Below, piece by piece: positions 49,062 through 59,525 of a stretch of 64,000 bases of DNA. The notes beneath the pieces were generated by a model. It was not told the origin of the DNA, made no database searches, and was given only the letters and a program-made list of their open reading frames with translations. A program made the translations under genes and the position numbers. The number at the start of each line of letters is the position of its first letter. The stretch's first letter is position 1. The DNA lies in the NCBI GenBank assembly GCA_937906895.1, contig CALCTT010000100.1:18937-82936 (forward strand), given 5' to 3'. Source of the stretch: an uncultured Clostridia bacterium (GTDB lineage: Bacteria; Bacillota; Clostridia; Oscillospirales; Acutalibacteraceae).

Positions 49062-49640
49062 ATGCAAATATTAGAAGAAAGAATTATAAAGGACGGAAAA
49101 GTTTTCTCCGTAAATGTACTTAAAGTTGATAGTTTTCTTAATCATCAATTAGATGTTGAATTGTTAGATAAAATGGGCCTTGAGATGAAAAAATTATTCA
49201 AAGACTCCGATATAACAAAGGTTCTTACAATTGAAGCATCAGGTATTGGTGTTGGTTGTATGGTTGCAAAGCACTTTAATTGTCCTCTTCTTTTTGCTAA
49301 AAAAAGCAAGACTTTAAACATTAAAGGTGATGTATATACAAGTAAAGTTGAATCATTCACTCATCAATGTACATACGACATAATTGTTTCAAAGGATTTC
49401 TTAAATGAAAATGACACTGTTTTGATTGTTGACGATTTCCTAGCAAAAGGTAATGCATTAATTGGTTTGATTGATATTGTCAATCAGTCAGGTGCTCGCC
49501 TTGCGGGATGCGGTATTGCCATCGAAAAAGGTTATCAGGGTGGCGGAGATAAGCTCCGTGCACAAGGTATCCGTGTTGAGTCAATGGCTATCGTTGAAGA
49601 AATGAACGATGTTACGGGTGAAATCGTTTTCAGAAAATAG
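49062..49640 (+). CDS. xpt: xanthine phosphoribosyltransferase
   Basis: MQILEERIIKDGKV...LKVDSFLNHQ, VLIVDDFLAKGNA PRPP motif. The internal ATG at 49062 matches the family N-terminus. Confidence 0.88.
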   Translation: MQILEERIIKDGKVFSVNVLKVDSFLNHQLDVELLDKMGLEMKKLFKDSDITKVLTIEASGIGVGCMVAKHFNCPLLFAKKSKTLNIKGDVYTSKVESFTHQCTYDIIVSKDFLNENDTVLIVDDFLAKGNALIGLIDIVNQSGARLAGCGIAIEKGYQGGGDKLRAQGIRVESMAIVEEMNDVTGEIVFRK

Positions 49641-49692
49641 GTAATTACAGCTTATGCTGTCAAATACAAAATAAGAAAAGGAGAGAAATTTT

Positions 49693-50916
49693 ATGAAAAA
49701 TTTCAAAAAAATCATTGCAGTTGTTCTTGCTCTTGTTATGGTAGCAACAGTTTTTGCTGCTTGTGGCGGAAATGAAGGCAAGGAACCTGCAGAAGACAAA
49801 ATCAAGGTAGCACTTATTTGTTTACACGGTGATGCTTCAACTTATGACAAGAACTTCATCGACGCTTTCAAAGAAGCTTGTGCAAACAAGGGTCTTACAA
49901 CTGACGATTACACAATCGTTACAGACATTGATGAAGACACAGTTTGTTATGACCAGGCTGCTGACTTAGCAGAAACTTGTGACCTTATCTTTGCTGATTC
50001 ATTCGGTCATGAAAGCTATATGATTAAGGCTGCAAAGGAATTCCCTGAGGTTGAATTCTGTCACGCTACAGGTACAATGGCTCATACAGAAAATCTTCCT
50101 AACTTCCACAATGCTTTTGCTAACATTTATGAAGGTCGTTACCTTGCAGGTGTTGCAGCAGGTATGAAGCTTGTTGAACTCTATGGTGACGAAAATGGCA
50201 AGGTTTCTGATGAAAATGCAAAAATCGGTTATGTTGGCGCTCATCCTTATGCAGAAGTTATTTCAGGTTATACATCATTCTATCTTGGTGCAAAATCTGT
50301 TGTAGAAAATGCAACTATGGAAGTTCGTTATACAAACTCTTGGTACGACGAAGCTGCTGAAAAGACAACAGCTCTTGCTCTTATCGACAATGGTTGTAAG
50401 TTAATTTCTCAGCACGCTGACTCAATGGGTGCTCCTACAGCTTGTGAAGAAAAGAACATTCCTAACGTTTCTTACAACGGTTCAACTGAAGCACAGTGTC
50501 CAAACACATTCGTTATTGCTTCAAGAATTAACTGGGCTCCATATTTCGAATACATTATTGATTGCGTTATGAACGACAAGGCAATTGATACTGACTGGAC
50601 AGGTACTCTTGAAACAGGTTCTGTTGAATTGACAGCTATCGGTGCTGCTGCAGCAGAAGGCACAAAGGAAAAGCTTGATGAAGTAACTGCAAAGATTAAA
50701 GACGGTTCACTCAAGATTTTTGACTGCTCTACATTTACAGTTGAAGGTAAGCCATTGACAACATATTTAGCTGACGTTGATACAGACCAGAATTTCACAC
50801 CTGATACAGAAGTTGTTGAAACAGTTAATGGTGTTACATTCTTCAACGAAAGTGCTAAGCGTTCAGCTCCATACTTCAACATTATCATTGACGGTATTAC
50901 AGCTGTTACTGAATAA
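49693..50916 (+). CDS. BMP-family (PnrA/Med-like) nucleoside-binding lipoprotein
   Basis: Lipobox VFAACGG, BMP-family pattern, followed by the cognate ATPase and two permeases. Confidence 0.8.
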   Translation: MKNFKKIIAVVLALVMVATVFAACGGNEGKEPAEDKIKVALICLHGDASTYDKNFIDAFKEACANKGLTTDDYTIVTDIDEDTVCYDQAADLAETCDLIFADSFGHESYMIKAAKEFPEVEFCHATGTMAHTENLPNFHNAFANIYEGRYLAGVAAGMKLVELYGDENGKVSDENAKIGYVGAHPYAEVISGYTSFYLGAKSVVENATMEVRYTNSWYDEAAEKTTALALIDNGCKLISQHADSMGAPTACEEKNIPNVSYNGSTEAQCPNTFVIASRINWAPYFEYIIDCVMNDKAIDTDWTGTLETGSVELTAIGAAAAEGTKEKLDEVTAKIKDGSLKIFDCSTFTVEGKPLTTYLADVDTDQNFTPDTEVVETVNGVTFFNESAKRSAPYFNIIIDGITAVTE

Positions 50917-50947
50917 TTATTTAAAGTTATTCTGATTTAATATTTGG

Positions 50948-50976
50948 GAAAGGCGGAGCTTATTACTTCGCCTTTC
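50948..50976 (+). promoter_or_regulatory. intra-operon stem-loop after the binding-protein gene
   Basis: GAAAGGCG (50948-55) / CGCCTTTC (50969-76), 8-bp stem, weak T tract. Typical of partial terminators or stabilisers that raise binding-protein stoichiometry. Confidence 0.4.
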
Positions 50977-51021
50977 TCGGTTGATTATGACAAAAAATCC
51001 TTTGTTATTTAAGGAGTTCCT

Positions 51022-52722
51022 ATGGATAAAACTGTTATTTTACAATTAAAAAATATTACAAAAAAATTTGGTTCTAAGGTTATAGCTAACAATAATGTCA
51101 GCTTAGATGTATATAAAGGCGAAATCCTTTCTATTCTCGGTGAAAACGGTTGTGGTAAAACAACCCTTATGAATATGGTTGCAGGTATTTATTATCCTGA
51201 TTCCGGTAAAATTTTAATTAATGGGGAAGAAGTTGTTATTCGCTCCCCTCGTGATGCTTTTGAGCATAAAATTGGTATGATTCATCAACACTTTAAGTTG
51301 ATTGATATTTTTACTGCAGCACAAAATGTTGCATTAGGTATTGAAAACGAAAAATTTAATCTTAAAGAAGTAAAAAACCGTATTAACGAAATGGCTAAGA
51401 AATACGGATTCAATATAAATCTTGATAAGAAAATTTATGAAATGTCAGTTTCTGAAAAACAAACTGTTGAAATATTAAAGGTTTTATACAGAGGTGCTGA
51501 CATTCTTATTCTTGACGAGCCTACAGCAGTTTTAACTCCACAGGAAATCAGAAGCTTATTTAAAGTATTGAGTGCCATGAGGGATGATGGCAAATCGATA
51601 ATCATTATTACTCACAAGCTCAATGAGGTTATGGAAATTTCTGACAGAGTTTCCGTTTTGCGTAAAGGCGAGCATATTGCCACTGTAAACACGTCAGAAA
51701 CATCAGAGAAAGAGCTTACTGAAATGATGGTGGGTAAGAAAATTGAACTTAACATTAATCGTACAGATGTTGTTGACACTAAGCTCAGACTTGCTGTTGA
51801 AGGCTTGACAGTTGTTAATGCTGACGGCTACAAGGTAGTTGACAACATTTCCTTCAACGCTTACAGTGGCGAAATTCTTGGTGTTGCGGGTATTGCAGGC
51901 AGCGGTCAGAAGGAATTGCTTGAAGCTATTGCAGGACTTAACAATTATCAATCAGGCACGTTGACATATTATCATCCTAAAAAAGACAAGCCTGTTTCCT
52001 TCTATCATAAGACATATAGGCGTGTTATGGAGCTTGCAAAGGAAAATGCATTCAAGGATGAAAACGGAAACGATATTGACTTTGGTAAATTGTCTAAAAA
52101 AGAAATTATAAATCTTGTTAACAGTGAGAAAATCATTTTCAAGGAAGATGAGGTTGTTGATTTAAAGGATAAAACCCCGAGAGAAATCCGTGAGCTTGGA
52201 ATCCGTTTATCATTTGTCCCTGAGGACAGACTTGGTATGGGTCTTGTGGGAAATATGAATATTATTGACAATATGATGCTTCGTAGTTACAGAAAAGGAA
52301 AGTCAATGTTCCTTGACAGAAAGCAACCATCAGACCTTGCTGACAGAATTATCAACGAATTAGAGGTTAATACTCCTGATTCAAGAACTGCGGTGAGAAA
52401 GTTATCGGGTGGTAATGTTCAGAAGGTACTCGTTGGTCGTGAAATTGCCGCTTCCCCTGCTGTTCTGATGACAGCTTATCCTGTTCGTGGTCTTGATATT
52501 AACTCATCATACACAATTTATAATCTCTTGAATGAACAGAAGCAAAAAGGTGTTTCAGTAATTTTCGTCGGTGAGGATTTGGATGTATTGATGGCATTAA
52601 GTGACAGAATATTGGTTTTAAGCGGTGGTAAAATTTCCGGTATTGTTGATGCAAGAACTGCTACGAAAGATGAAATTGGTTCTTTAATGGTAAAAGCCAA
52701 TAAAAATGAGGTAACACAATGA
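51022..52722 (+). CDS. nucleoside/simple-sugar ABC transporter ATP-binding protein (tandem NBDs)
   Basis: Two NBDs (GENGCGKTT; GIAGSGQKEL), LSGGNVQK signature, PEDR motif. 566 aa. Confidence 0.88.
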   Translation: MDKTVILQLKNITKKFGSKVIANNNVSLDVYKGEILSILGENGCGKTTLMNMVAGIYYPDSGKILINGEEVVIRSPRDAFEHKIGMIHQHFKLIDIFTAAQNVALGIENEKFNLKEVKNRINEMAKKYGFNINLDKKIYEMSVSEKQTVEILKVLYRGADILILDEPTAVLTPQEIRSLFKVLSAMRDDGKSIIIITHKLNEVMEISDRVSVLRKGEHIATVNTSETSEKELTEMMVGKKIELNINRTDVVDTKLRLAVEGLTVVNADGYKVVDNISFNAYSGEILGVAGIAGSGQKELLEAIAGLNNYQSGTLTYYHPKKDKPVSFYHKTYRRVMELAKENAFKDENGNDIDFGKLSKKEIINLVNSEKIIFKEDEVVDLKDKTPREIRELGIRLSFVPEDRLGMGLVGNMNIIDNMMLRSYRKGKSMFLDRKQPSDLADRIINELEVNTPDSRTAVRKLSGGNVQKVLVGREIAASPAVLMTAYPVRGLDINSSYTIYNLLNEQKQKGVSVIFVGEDLDVLMALSDRILVLSGGKISGIVDARTATKDEIGSLMVKANKNEVTQ

Positions 52723-53819
52723 AAAAAAGTACAAATAATTTAAAAGAACCTTTTGTTCGTATTGTAAAACGAGATAATATTTCAGTTATGAAAATTATCG
52801 TAATTTATCTTGTAGCAATTGTAGTGGGCTTACTTTTATGTGGTGTAATCTGTACGTTGTTTTCAGACAAGGGCCTGTTTGACTTTTTTGAAGCGTTGTT
52901 CAATGGTGCTTTCGGCAGTGAACGAAAATTATGGCTTTTATTGCAGGACACATCACTCCTTTTAGGTATATCAATCGCATTACTTCCTGCTTTTAAGATG
53001 AAGTTCTGGAATTTGGGTGGTAACGGACAAATCCTTGTGGGTTGTCTTTCAGCAATTGCTTGTATGTTCTACCTTGGTGGTAAAGTTGCTGATTCAATAA
53101 TTATTCCAATTATGCTTTTGGCAAGTGTACTGAGTGGTGCTTTGTGGGCTGTTATTCCTGCGATTTTTAAAGCGAAATTCAATACAAATGAGTCACTTTT
53201 CACACTTATGATGAACTATATTGCACAGGGTCTTGTTTCATTTTTCATTACAATATGGGTAAAAACAGGTTCAGGTGTTTTAGCACCAATTTCTTATGGT
53301 AACGTTCCTGAAATCGGAAATAAATATTTATTACCAATTATTCTGTTTACACTGATTACAGTATTAATGTACATATATCTCAAATATTCAAAACACGGAT
53401 ATGAAATTTCCGTTGTTGGTGAAAGCATCAATACTGCAAAATATGTAGGTATTAAGGTTAATAAAGTAATTATCCGCACAATGATTTTGTCTGGTGCAAT
53501 TGCAGGTCTTGTGGGATTTATTTTAGCCGGTTCAATTAACCACACAGTAAGTACAGCATCAGCTAACAATATGGGCTTTACAGGTATTATGGCAACATGG
53601 CTTGCAGCTTTTAATCCCTTAATCATTGTTCTTACAAGCTTTTTCATTACATTTATTTCTAAGGGAATGATGGATGTAAGAAAGACATTTATGTTTACAA
53701 ATGATGCCATTTCAAACATAGTTGTCGGTATTGTTTATTTTATAGTTATAGTTTGTTCATTCTTTATAAACTACAAGCTTGTATTCAGGAAAAAAGAAAA
53801 GGAGGATATTGAGAAATGA
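52719..53819 (+). CDS. ABC transporter permease (BMP-type system)
   Basis: Polytopic membrane protein, overlapping stop and start with both neighbours. Confidence 0.8.
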   Translation: MKKSTNNLKEPFVRIVKRDNISVMKIIVIYLVAIVVGLLLCGVICTLFSDKGLFDFFEALFNGAFGSERKLWLLLQDTSLLLGISIALLPAFKMKFWNLGGNGQILVGCLSAIACMFYLGGKVADSIIIPIMLLASVLSGALWAVIPAIFKAKFNTNESLFTLMMNYIAQGLVSFFITIWVKTGSGVLAPISYGNVPEIGNKYLLPIILFTLITVLMYIYLKYSKHGYEISVVGESINTAKYVGIKVNKVIIRTMILSGAIAGLVGFILAGSINHTVSTASANNMGFTGIMATWLAAFNPLIIVLTSFFITFISKGMMDVRKTFMFTNDAISNIVVGIVYFIVIVCSFFINYKLVFRKKEKEDIEK

Positions 53820-54784
53820 TTATTACATTCTTAATGAGTGCTATTGCCATAGGCACAGTTCTTCTTTTTGGTTGTGTTGGTGAAACAATTACTGAAAAAG
53901 CAGGTCATTTGAATCTCGGTATTCCCGGCATTATGTGTACAGGTACTGTTGGTGGTTGCCTTTTTGTAAGCCTTTATTTACAGGGCCTTGAATCAGCAGA
54001 AAACGCATCCTGGCTTGTACTTGTTTTAATATCAATGCTTGGTGCATTTCTTTTTGCAATGCTGACAGGCTTAATTTACGCTGTAATGACTATTACATTC
54101 CGTTGTAATCAGAATATTACAGGTCTTGCAATTACAATTTTCGGTAATGGCTTGACACAATTTTTAATGCATTCTTATGTTGACAGAAGCGGTTTTTCAA
54201 CTGCAGGTAAAATAATTGCAAAATGCTTACCTTTTGCTGAAAATTCAGACGGTATAGTCAAGGTGTTATTCGGTCACGGTATTTATGTTTATTTAGCAAT
54301 TGCCATCGCCTTAATTACAACATTCATTTTCAATCGCACAAGAGTTGGTCTTAATCTTCGTGCAATCGGTGAAAGTGCGGCAACTGCTGATGCTATGGGT
54401 GTTAATGTTACAAGATATAAATATGTTGCTATTTTAATCGGTAGTGGTATTGCGGGCTTTGGTGGCGTATTCTACATTATGGACTATGTTAAGGGTAGCT
54501 GGGAAACAGCATCTACAATCGAAGCTTTTGGTTGGCTTGCAATCGCACTTGTTATTTTCACTTTATGGAAACCTAATGTTTCAATTATAGGCTCATATAT
54601 TTTTGGTGCATTATATATTGCAGCATTTGTTTTCGGTAACATAACATCTTCTGAAAGAGAAATACTTAAAATGTTACCTTATGTAATTACTATTGTTGTC
54701 TTGATTATAACAAGCATTACAAATAAAAAGGAAAATCAGCCACCTGCTTCACTTGGATTATCATATTTTAGAGAAGATAGATAA
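53816..54784 (+). CDS. ABC transporter permease (BMP-type system)
   Basis: Polytopic membrane protein. ATGA overlap with the upstream permease. Confidence 0.8.
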   Translation: MIITFLMSAIAIGTVLLFGCVGETITEKAGHLNLGIPGIMCTGTVGGCLFVSLYLQGLESAENASWLVLVLISMLGAFLFAMLTGLIYAVMTITFRCNQNITGLAITIFGNGLTQFLMHSYVDRSGFSTAGKIIAKCLPFAENSDGIVKVLFGHGIYVYLAIAIALITTFIFNRTRVGLNLRAIGESAATADAMGVNVTRYKYVAILIGSGIAGFGGVFYIMDYVKGSWETASTIEAFGWLAIALVIFTLWKPNVSIIGSYIFGALYIAAFVFGNITSSEREILKMLPYVITIVVLIITSITNKKENQPPASLGLSYFREDR

Positions 54785-54799
54785 AGAGGTCGAATTATT

Positions 54800-56194
54800 A
54801 TGAGTAAAAATTATGATGTAATTATTATTGGTGCAGGTCCTTCAGGTATTTTTTGTGCGTATGAACTTCTTGCTAAAAAGCCTGATATAAACATTCTTAT
54901 GGTTGAAAAAGGTCGTTCAATCGAAAAAAGAATGTGTCCTAAAAGAACTACAAAAAAATGTGTTGGCTGTAAGCCTTGTTCAATTACAACAGGCTTTGCT
55001 GGCGCAGGTGCATTTTCTGATGGTAAGCTTTCTCTTTCACCTGACGTTGGTGGTACACTTCCCGATATTCTTGGTTATGAGAAAACTATGGAGCTTCTAA
55101 AAGAAGCAGATGGTGTATATCTCCAATTCGGTGCTGATAAAAATGTTTATGGTGTTGATAAACAGAAAGAAATTGAAGAAATCAGAAGAAAAGCTATTAA
55201 TGCAAACTTAAAACTTATAGAATGTCCTATTCGTCATTTGGGTACTGAAGAAGGATATAAGATTTACGGCAGACTTCAAAAACACCTTGAAGAGAATGGG
55301 TGTAACATTATCTTCAATACAATGGTTGAAGATATTATTATTGAAGATAATCAGGTCAAAGGTATAGTTGCTAACGGCGAAACATATTATTCTGATAAAA
55401 TAGTTGCCGCTGTCGGTCGTGAAGGTGCTGAATGGCTTAGTCATATCTGTAAAGACCACAACATTGAAACACAAGTAGGTACTGTTGACGTTGGTGTTCG
55501 TGTTGAGGTTCGTGACGAAGTTATGAAGTTCCTTAATGAGAATCTTTACGAAGCAAAGCTCGTTTACTACTCACCTACCTTTGATGATAAGGTAAGAACT
55601 TTCTGTTCTAATCCTTCCGGTGAGGTTGCAACTGAATACTATGATAATGGTCTTGCAGTTGTAAATGGTCACGCATACAAGTCAGCTGAATTTAAGACAA
55701 ATAATACTAACTTTGCACTTCTTGTATCAAAAAACTTTACAAAACCGTTCAAATCACCTATTGAATATGGTAAGCATATTGCTCAACTCAGTAATATGCT
55801 CTGTGACGGTAAAATTCTTGTTCAGACTTATGGTGATTTTAAACGTGGCAGAAGAACAACGGGAGAAAGACTTTGCAGAAACAATCTTATCCCTACACTT
55901 AAAGATGCTGTACCCGGTGATTTATCACTTGTTTTTCCACACAGAATTATGGTTGATATTGCAGAAATGCTCGAGGCGTTAGATAAAGTAACACCCGGTA
56001 TTGCAAGTGACGAAACACTCCTTTATGGTGTTGAAGTTAAATTCTATTCAAACAAGGTTGTTGTTGATACAAACTTTGAAACAAGCGTTAAGGGACTTCA
56101 CGCAATTGGTGACGGTGCATCTGTTACTCGCGGACTTATGCAGGCATCTTCTAATGGTATCAGCGTTGCAAGAAGTATTCTTGAATCTATGTAA
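54800..56194 (+). CDS. FAD/NAD(P)-dependent oxidoreductase of unknown specificity (COG2509-like)
   Basis: YDVIIIGAGPSGIF dinucleotide-binding motif, C-terminal GDGA motif. 464 aa. Confidence 0.7.
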   Translation: MSKNYDVIIIGAGPSGIFCAYELLAKKPDINILMVEKGRSIEKRMCPKRTTKKCVGCKPCSITTGFAGAGAFSDGKLSLSPDVGGTLPDILGYEKTMELLKEADGVYLQFGADKNVYGVDKQKEIEEIRRKAINANLKLIECPIRHLGTEEGYKIYGRLQKHLEENGCNIIFNTMVEDIIIEDNQVKGIVANGETYYSDKIVAAVGREGAEWLSHICKDHNIETQVGTVDVGVRVEVRDEVMKFLNENLYEAKLVYYSPTFDDKVRTFCSNPSGEVATEYYDNGLAVVNGHAYKSAEFKTNNTNFALLVSKNFTKPFKSPIEYGKHIAQLSNMLCDGKILVQTYGDFKRGRRTTGERLCRNNLIPTLKDAVPGDLSLVFPHRIMVDIAEMLEALDKVTPGIASDETLLYGVEVKFYSNKVVVDTNFETSVKGLHAIGDGASVTRGLMQASSNGISVARSILESM

Positions 56195-56200
56195 AAATTA

Positions 56201-56230
56201 AAGGGACTGTAATTCAGTCCCTTATTTTTG
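56201..56230 (+). terminator. intrinsic terminator
   Basis: AAGGGACT / AGTCCCTT stem followed by ATTTTTG. Confidence 0.7.
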
Positions 56231-56239
56231 GGTGACATT

Positions 56240-57583
56240 ATGGTTAGAGATTTGACACAGGGTAATCCCGGTAAAATACTGATAAAATTCACTATTCCGT
56301 TGCTTATCAGTGTGTGTTTTCAACAATTATATAATATTGCCGACAGCATTATTGCAGGTAAATTTTTAGGTGGAGATGCCTTAGCTTCCGTCGGTATTTC
56401 TTATACAGTAACTATGATTTATATGGCTATTGCAAATGGCTCAAATATAGGTTGCTGTGTTGTTATTTCCCAATTTTTCGGTAATAAAAATCTGAAAAAA
56501 CTAAAAACCTGTGTCAGCACTTCCCTACTCTCTTTAACTATTCTCAGTATCATTTTAACTGTATTGGGTCTTGTTTTTTCAAATAATATTCTGACGTCCC
56601 TTAATACACCTGAAAACTTACTTAAAGATGCTGCAATTTATCTTAATATTTATACAGCAGGTTTGATTTTCTTATTCTTATATAATGTTTGTAACGGAAT
56701 ATTTACTGCATTGGGTGATTCAAAAACACCACTATACTTTTTGATATTCTCATCTGTTTTTAATGTTTTGCTTGATTATATTTTTGTAAGATTTACTGCA
56801 TTAGGTGTTTCGGGTATTGCCTGGGCAACATTTATTGCTCAAGGAATTGCTTCCGTACTATCCTTTATTTTCTTAATGATAAGAATACATAAATTATATA
56901 GTGAAAAAACAACACTATTTTCTTTTCATATTCTTAAAAATATTATGTTTGTTGCAATACCAAGCATTTTACAACAAAGCTTTGTTTCTGTTGGTAATAT
57001 CTTTATTCAGGGTATTGTAAATTCATTTGGTGAAATTGTTGTTGCGGGTTTTTCTGCCGCAGGAAAACTCAATACATTCACAATCACATCAATGACTGCT
57101 TTGGGAAACAGTATGTCAAGCTATACTGCACAGAATATCGGTGCAAATAAAATTGAACGAATTAAATCAGGTGTAAAATATTTATATCTTATTTCGTTTA
57201 TCATAACAATTCCATTATTCGCCCTGTTTTTCTTTATGCCTGAAACAATGATGAAAATATTTGTTGACGGAACAGAAACAGAAATAATAAAAACAGGTTC
57301 AGAATTTTTAAAAACTGTTGCTCCATTCTACCTTTTCATTACTATAAAGCTTATTATCGACGGAGTATTGCGTGGTAGTGGTGTTATGAAAATGTTTTTA
57401 ATTTCAACATTTACGGATTTGCTTTTACGTGTTATACTTTGTTATACATTAACACCTGTTTTAAATGAACGAGGAATCTGGATTTCTTGGCCTATCGGAT
57501 GGCTAGTTGCTACTTCTATTTCCTGTATATTTTACTTTACGGGAATTTGGAAGAAAAAAATCAATAATCTTGCTACAAAATAA
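56240..57583 (+). CDS. MATE-family efflux transporter
   Basis: 12-TM protein with the N-terminal LTQGNPGKILIKFTIPLL...QQLYNIADS MATE signature. Confidence 0.88.
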   Translation: MVRDLTQGNPGKILIKFTIPLLISVCFQQLYNIADSIIAGKFLGGDALASVGISYTVTMIYMAIANGSNIGCCVVISQFFGNKNLKKLKTCVSTSLLSLTILSIILTVLGLVFSNNILTSLNTPENLLKDAAIYLNIYTAGLIFLFLYNVCNGIFTALGDSKTPLYFLIFSSVFNVLLDYIFVRFTALGVSGIAWATFIAQGIASVLSFIFLMIRIHKLYSEKTTLFSFHILKNIMFVAIPSILQQSFVSVGNIFIQGIVNSFGEIVVAGFSAAGKLNTFTITSMTALGNSMSSYTAQNIGANKIERIKSGVKYLYLISFIITIPLFALFFFMPETMMKIFVDGTETEIIKTGSEFLKTVAPFYLFITIKLIIDGVLRGSGVMKMFLISTFTDLLLRVILCYTLTPVLNERGIWISWPIGWLVATSISCIFYFTGIWKKKINNLATK

Positions 57584-57594
57584 AGGAAGAAATT

Positions 57595-59487
57595 ATGCTT
57601 ATATCCATTAATAATATCAGCAAAGGTTTTCTTGACAAAAAAGTACTTAATAATATTACTCTCGCTGTTAACGATAAGGACAGAATCGGTCTGTTAGGCA
57701 TTAACGGTGTGGGTAAAACTACCCTTTTGAACATTATTTCAGGTAATCTTGAACACGACGACGGCACAATTGCGAAAAAGCCTGATTTACGAATCGGATA
57801 TCTGAAACAAAATGAAGCATTAAACACATCAAATTCTCTTAAAAAGGAAATTGAAAGCTCATTACAGTTAGTTTTTGATACAAGAAAAAAACTTGAAGAT
57901 ATTTCAAAGAAAATGGCACACACAAGTGATGCTGAATATGATACTCTTTCAAATGAATATGAGCATTTAACAAGCATTTATGATGCTGCAGACGGATATA
58001 ATGCTGAAGTCAGAATTAATACGGTTCTCAATGGTATGGGCTTTGGTGATTTTGATTTAAACACACCTGTTTCTGTTCTTTCAGGTGGTGAAAAAACAAG
58101 ATTTGCACTTGCAAAAATACTTGTTGAAAATCCTAATCTTCTTATTCTTGACGAACCTACAAACCATCTTGATTTTGGCATGTTAAACTGGCTTGAAAAC
58201 TACCTTACCGAATATAAAGGTGCAGTTATTATCGTTTCTCACGACAGATACTTTTTAAATTCAGTTGCATCTGATATATGTGAAATTGAAAACGGTGAAT
58301 TAGTCCGTTATAAAGGTGGATATTCCTCATTCTTAAAGCAAAAAGAAGAGCGAATAAAAACTCTTACAAAGGAATATGAAAAGCAACAAAGAGAAATTGA
58401 AGAATTACGGGATTATGTTCGCAAAAACCTTGCAAAATCAAGTAGCATAAACAGTGTTGGTTCAAGAGTTAAAGCACTTGAAAAAATGGAACTGGCCGCA
58501 AAACCAAATCCACAAGTTAAAGATTTGCATATCTCCTTCCCTTTTGATATCGAACCACACAAAACTATTCTTGAGTGTAAAGGCTTAAAGGTCGCTGTCG
58601 GTAAAGGTGAAAACAAAAGAATACTTTTTGAGAATTTCAACCTTGAAGTATTAAGAAACGAGAAAGTTGCTTTTGTCGGCAAAAATGGTGTTGGTAAATC
58701 TTCTTTATTAAAAGCAGTATTAAAGAAAATTCCTTGCGAAGGTTCTGTACGTTGGGGCGGAAATGTAAAAATATCATACTTTGACCAGGAGCTTTCATCA
58801 CTTGACTTGAATCTTACTGCAATTGAATCAGTTCACAGAAGATTCCCAACAAAAACAGAATATGAAATTCGCAGTATGCTTGCAAGATTTCTTATTGAGG
58901 ACGAAGATGTTTTCAAGAGAATCCGTGAAATGAGCGGTGCTAATCGTGCAAAGGTTGCTCTTTGTATTATCGTCTTTGAACGCTCTAATGTGCTTGTTCT
59001 TGACGAACCTACAAATCACCTTGACTACAAGGCAAAAGAGGCTTTAGACCTAGCTCTGAGCCAATATGAAGGCACTGTCATAATGGTTTCTCACGACAGA
59101 TATCTTCTCAATTCTGTTCCGACCAAAATCATTGAAATGAAGTCTGATGAAATTGTTATTTACAATGGTAATTACGATTATTATAAGGAACATATTCAGG
59201 TTGAGAATAAAGAGAAAAATATAAAACCTGAAACAAAAAGTGAAAACGCTGTTCAGTATGAGGAATCACGAAAAAACAAAGCACAGGACAGAAAACGACG
59301 TGCAAAGCTTATGAATACTGAAAAAGAAATAGACGCGTTGCAGAATGAGATTGATGAGTTAAAAGCGCTTATTAACTCCCCTGATGTTGCAAGTGACTAT
59401 CAAAAATTGTCAGAAATTCTTACTGAAATTAAAACAAAAGAAGAACAGCTTGAAGAACTTGAAACAATATGGCTTGAATTAGCATAA
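57595..59487 (+). CDS. ABC-F family ATPase (translation-associated, no TM domains, C-terminal coiled coil)
   Basis: Two NBDs (GINGVGKTT; GKNGVGKSS), two LSGG-type signatures, inter-domain linker, K/E-rich C-terminal extension. Confidence 0.85.
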   Translation: MLISINNISKGFLDKKVLNNITLAVNDKDRIGLLGINGVGKTTLLNIISGNLEHDDGTIAKKPDLRIGYLKQNEALNTSNSLKKEIESSLQLVFDTRKKLEDISKKMAHTSDAEYDTLSNEYEHLTSIYDAADGYNAEVRINTVLNGMGFGDFDLNTPVSVLSGGEKTRFALAKILVENPNLLILDEPTNHLDFGMLNWLENYLTEYKGAVIIVSHDRYFLNSVASDICEIENGELVRYKGGYSSFLKQKEERIKTLTKEYEKQQREIEELRDYVRKNLAKSSSINSVGSRVKALEKMELAAKPNPQVKDLHISFPFDIEPHKTILECKGLKVAVGKGENKRILFENFNLEVLRNEKVAFVGKNGVGKSSLLKAVLKKIPCEGSVRWGGNVKISYFDQELSSLDLNLTAIESVHRRFPTKTEYEIRSMLARFLIEDEDVFKRIREMSGANRAKVALCIIVFERSNVLVLDEPTNHLDYKAKEALDLALSQYEGTVIMVSHDRYLLNSVPTKIIEMKSDEIVIYNGNYDYYKEHIQVENKEKNIKPETKSENAVQYEESRKNKAQDRKRRAKLMNTEKEIDALQNEIDELKALINSPDVASDYQKLSEILTEIKTKEEQLEELETIWLELA

Positions 59488-59490
59488 AAT

Positions 59491-59519
59491 AAGGAGTTTA
59501 CTTTTTCGGTAAACTCCTT
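59491..59519. terminator. bidirectional intrinsic terminator
   Basis: Perfect 11-bp stem AAGGAGTTTAC / GTAAACTCCTT between convergent genes. Confidence 0.8.
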
Positions 59520-59525
59520 AAAACT

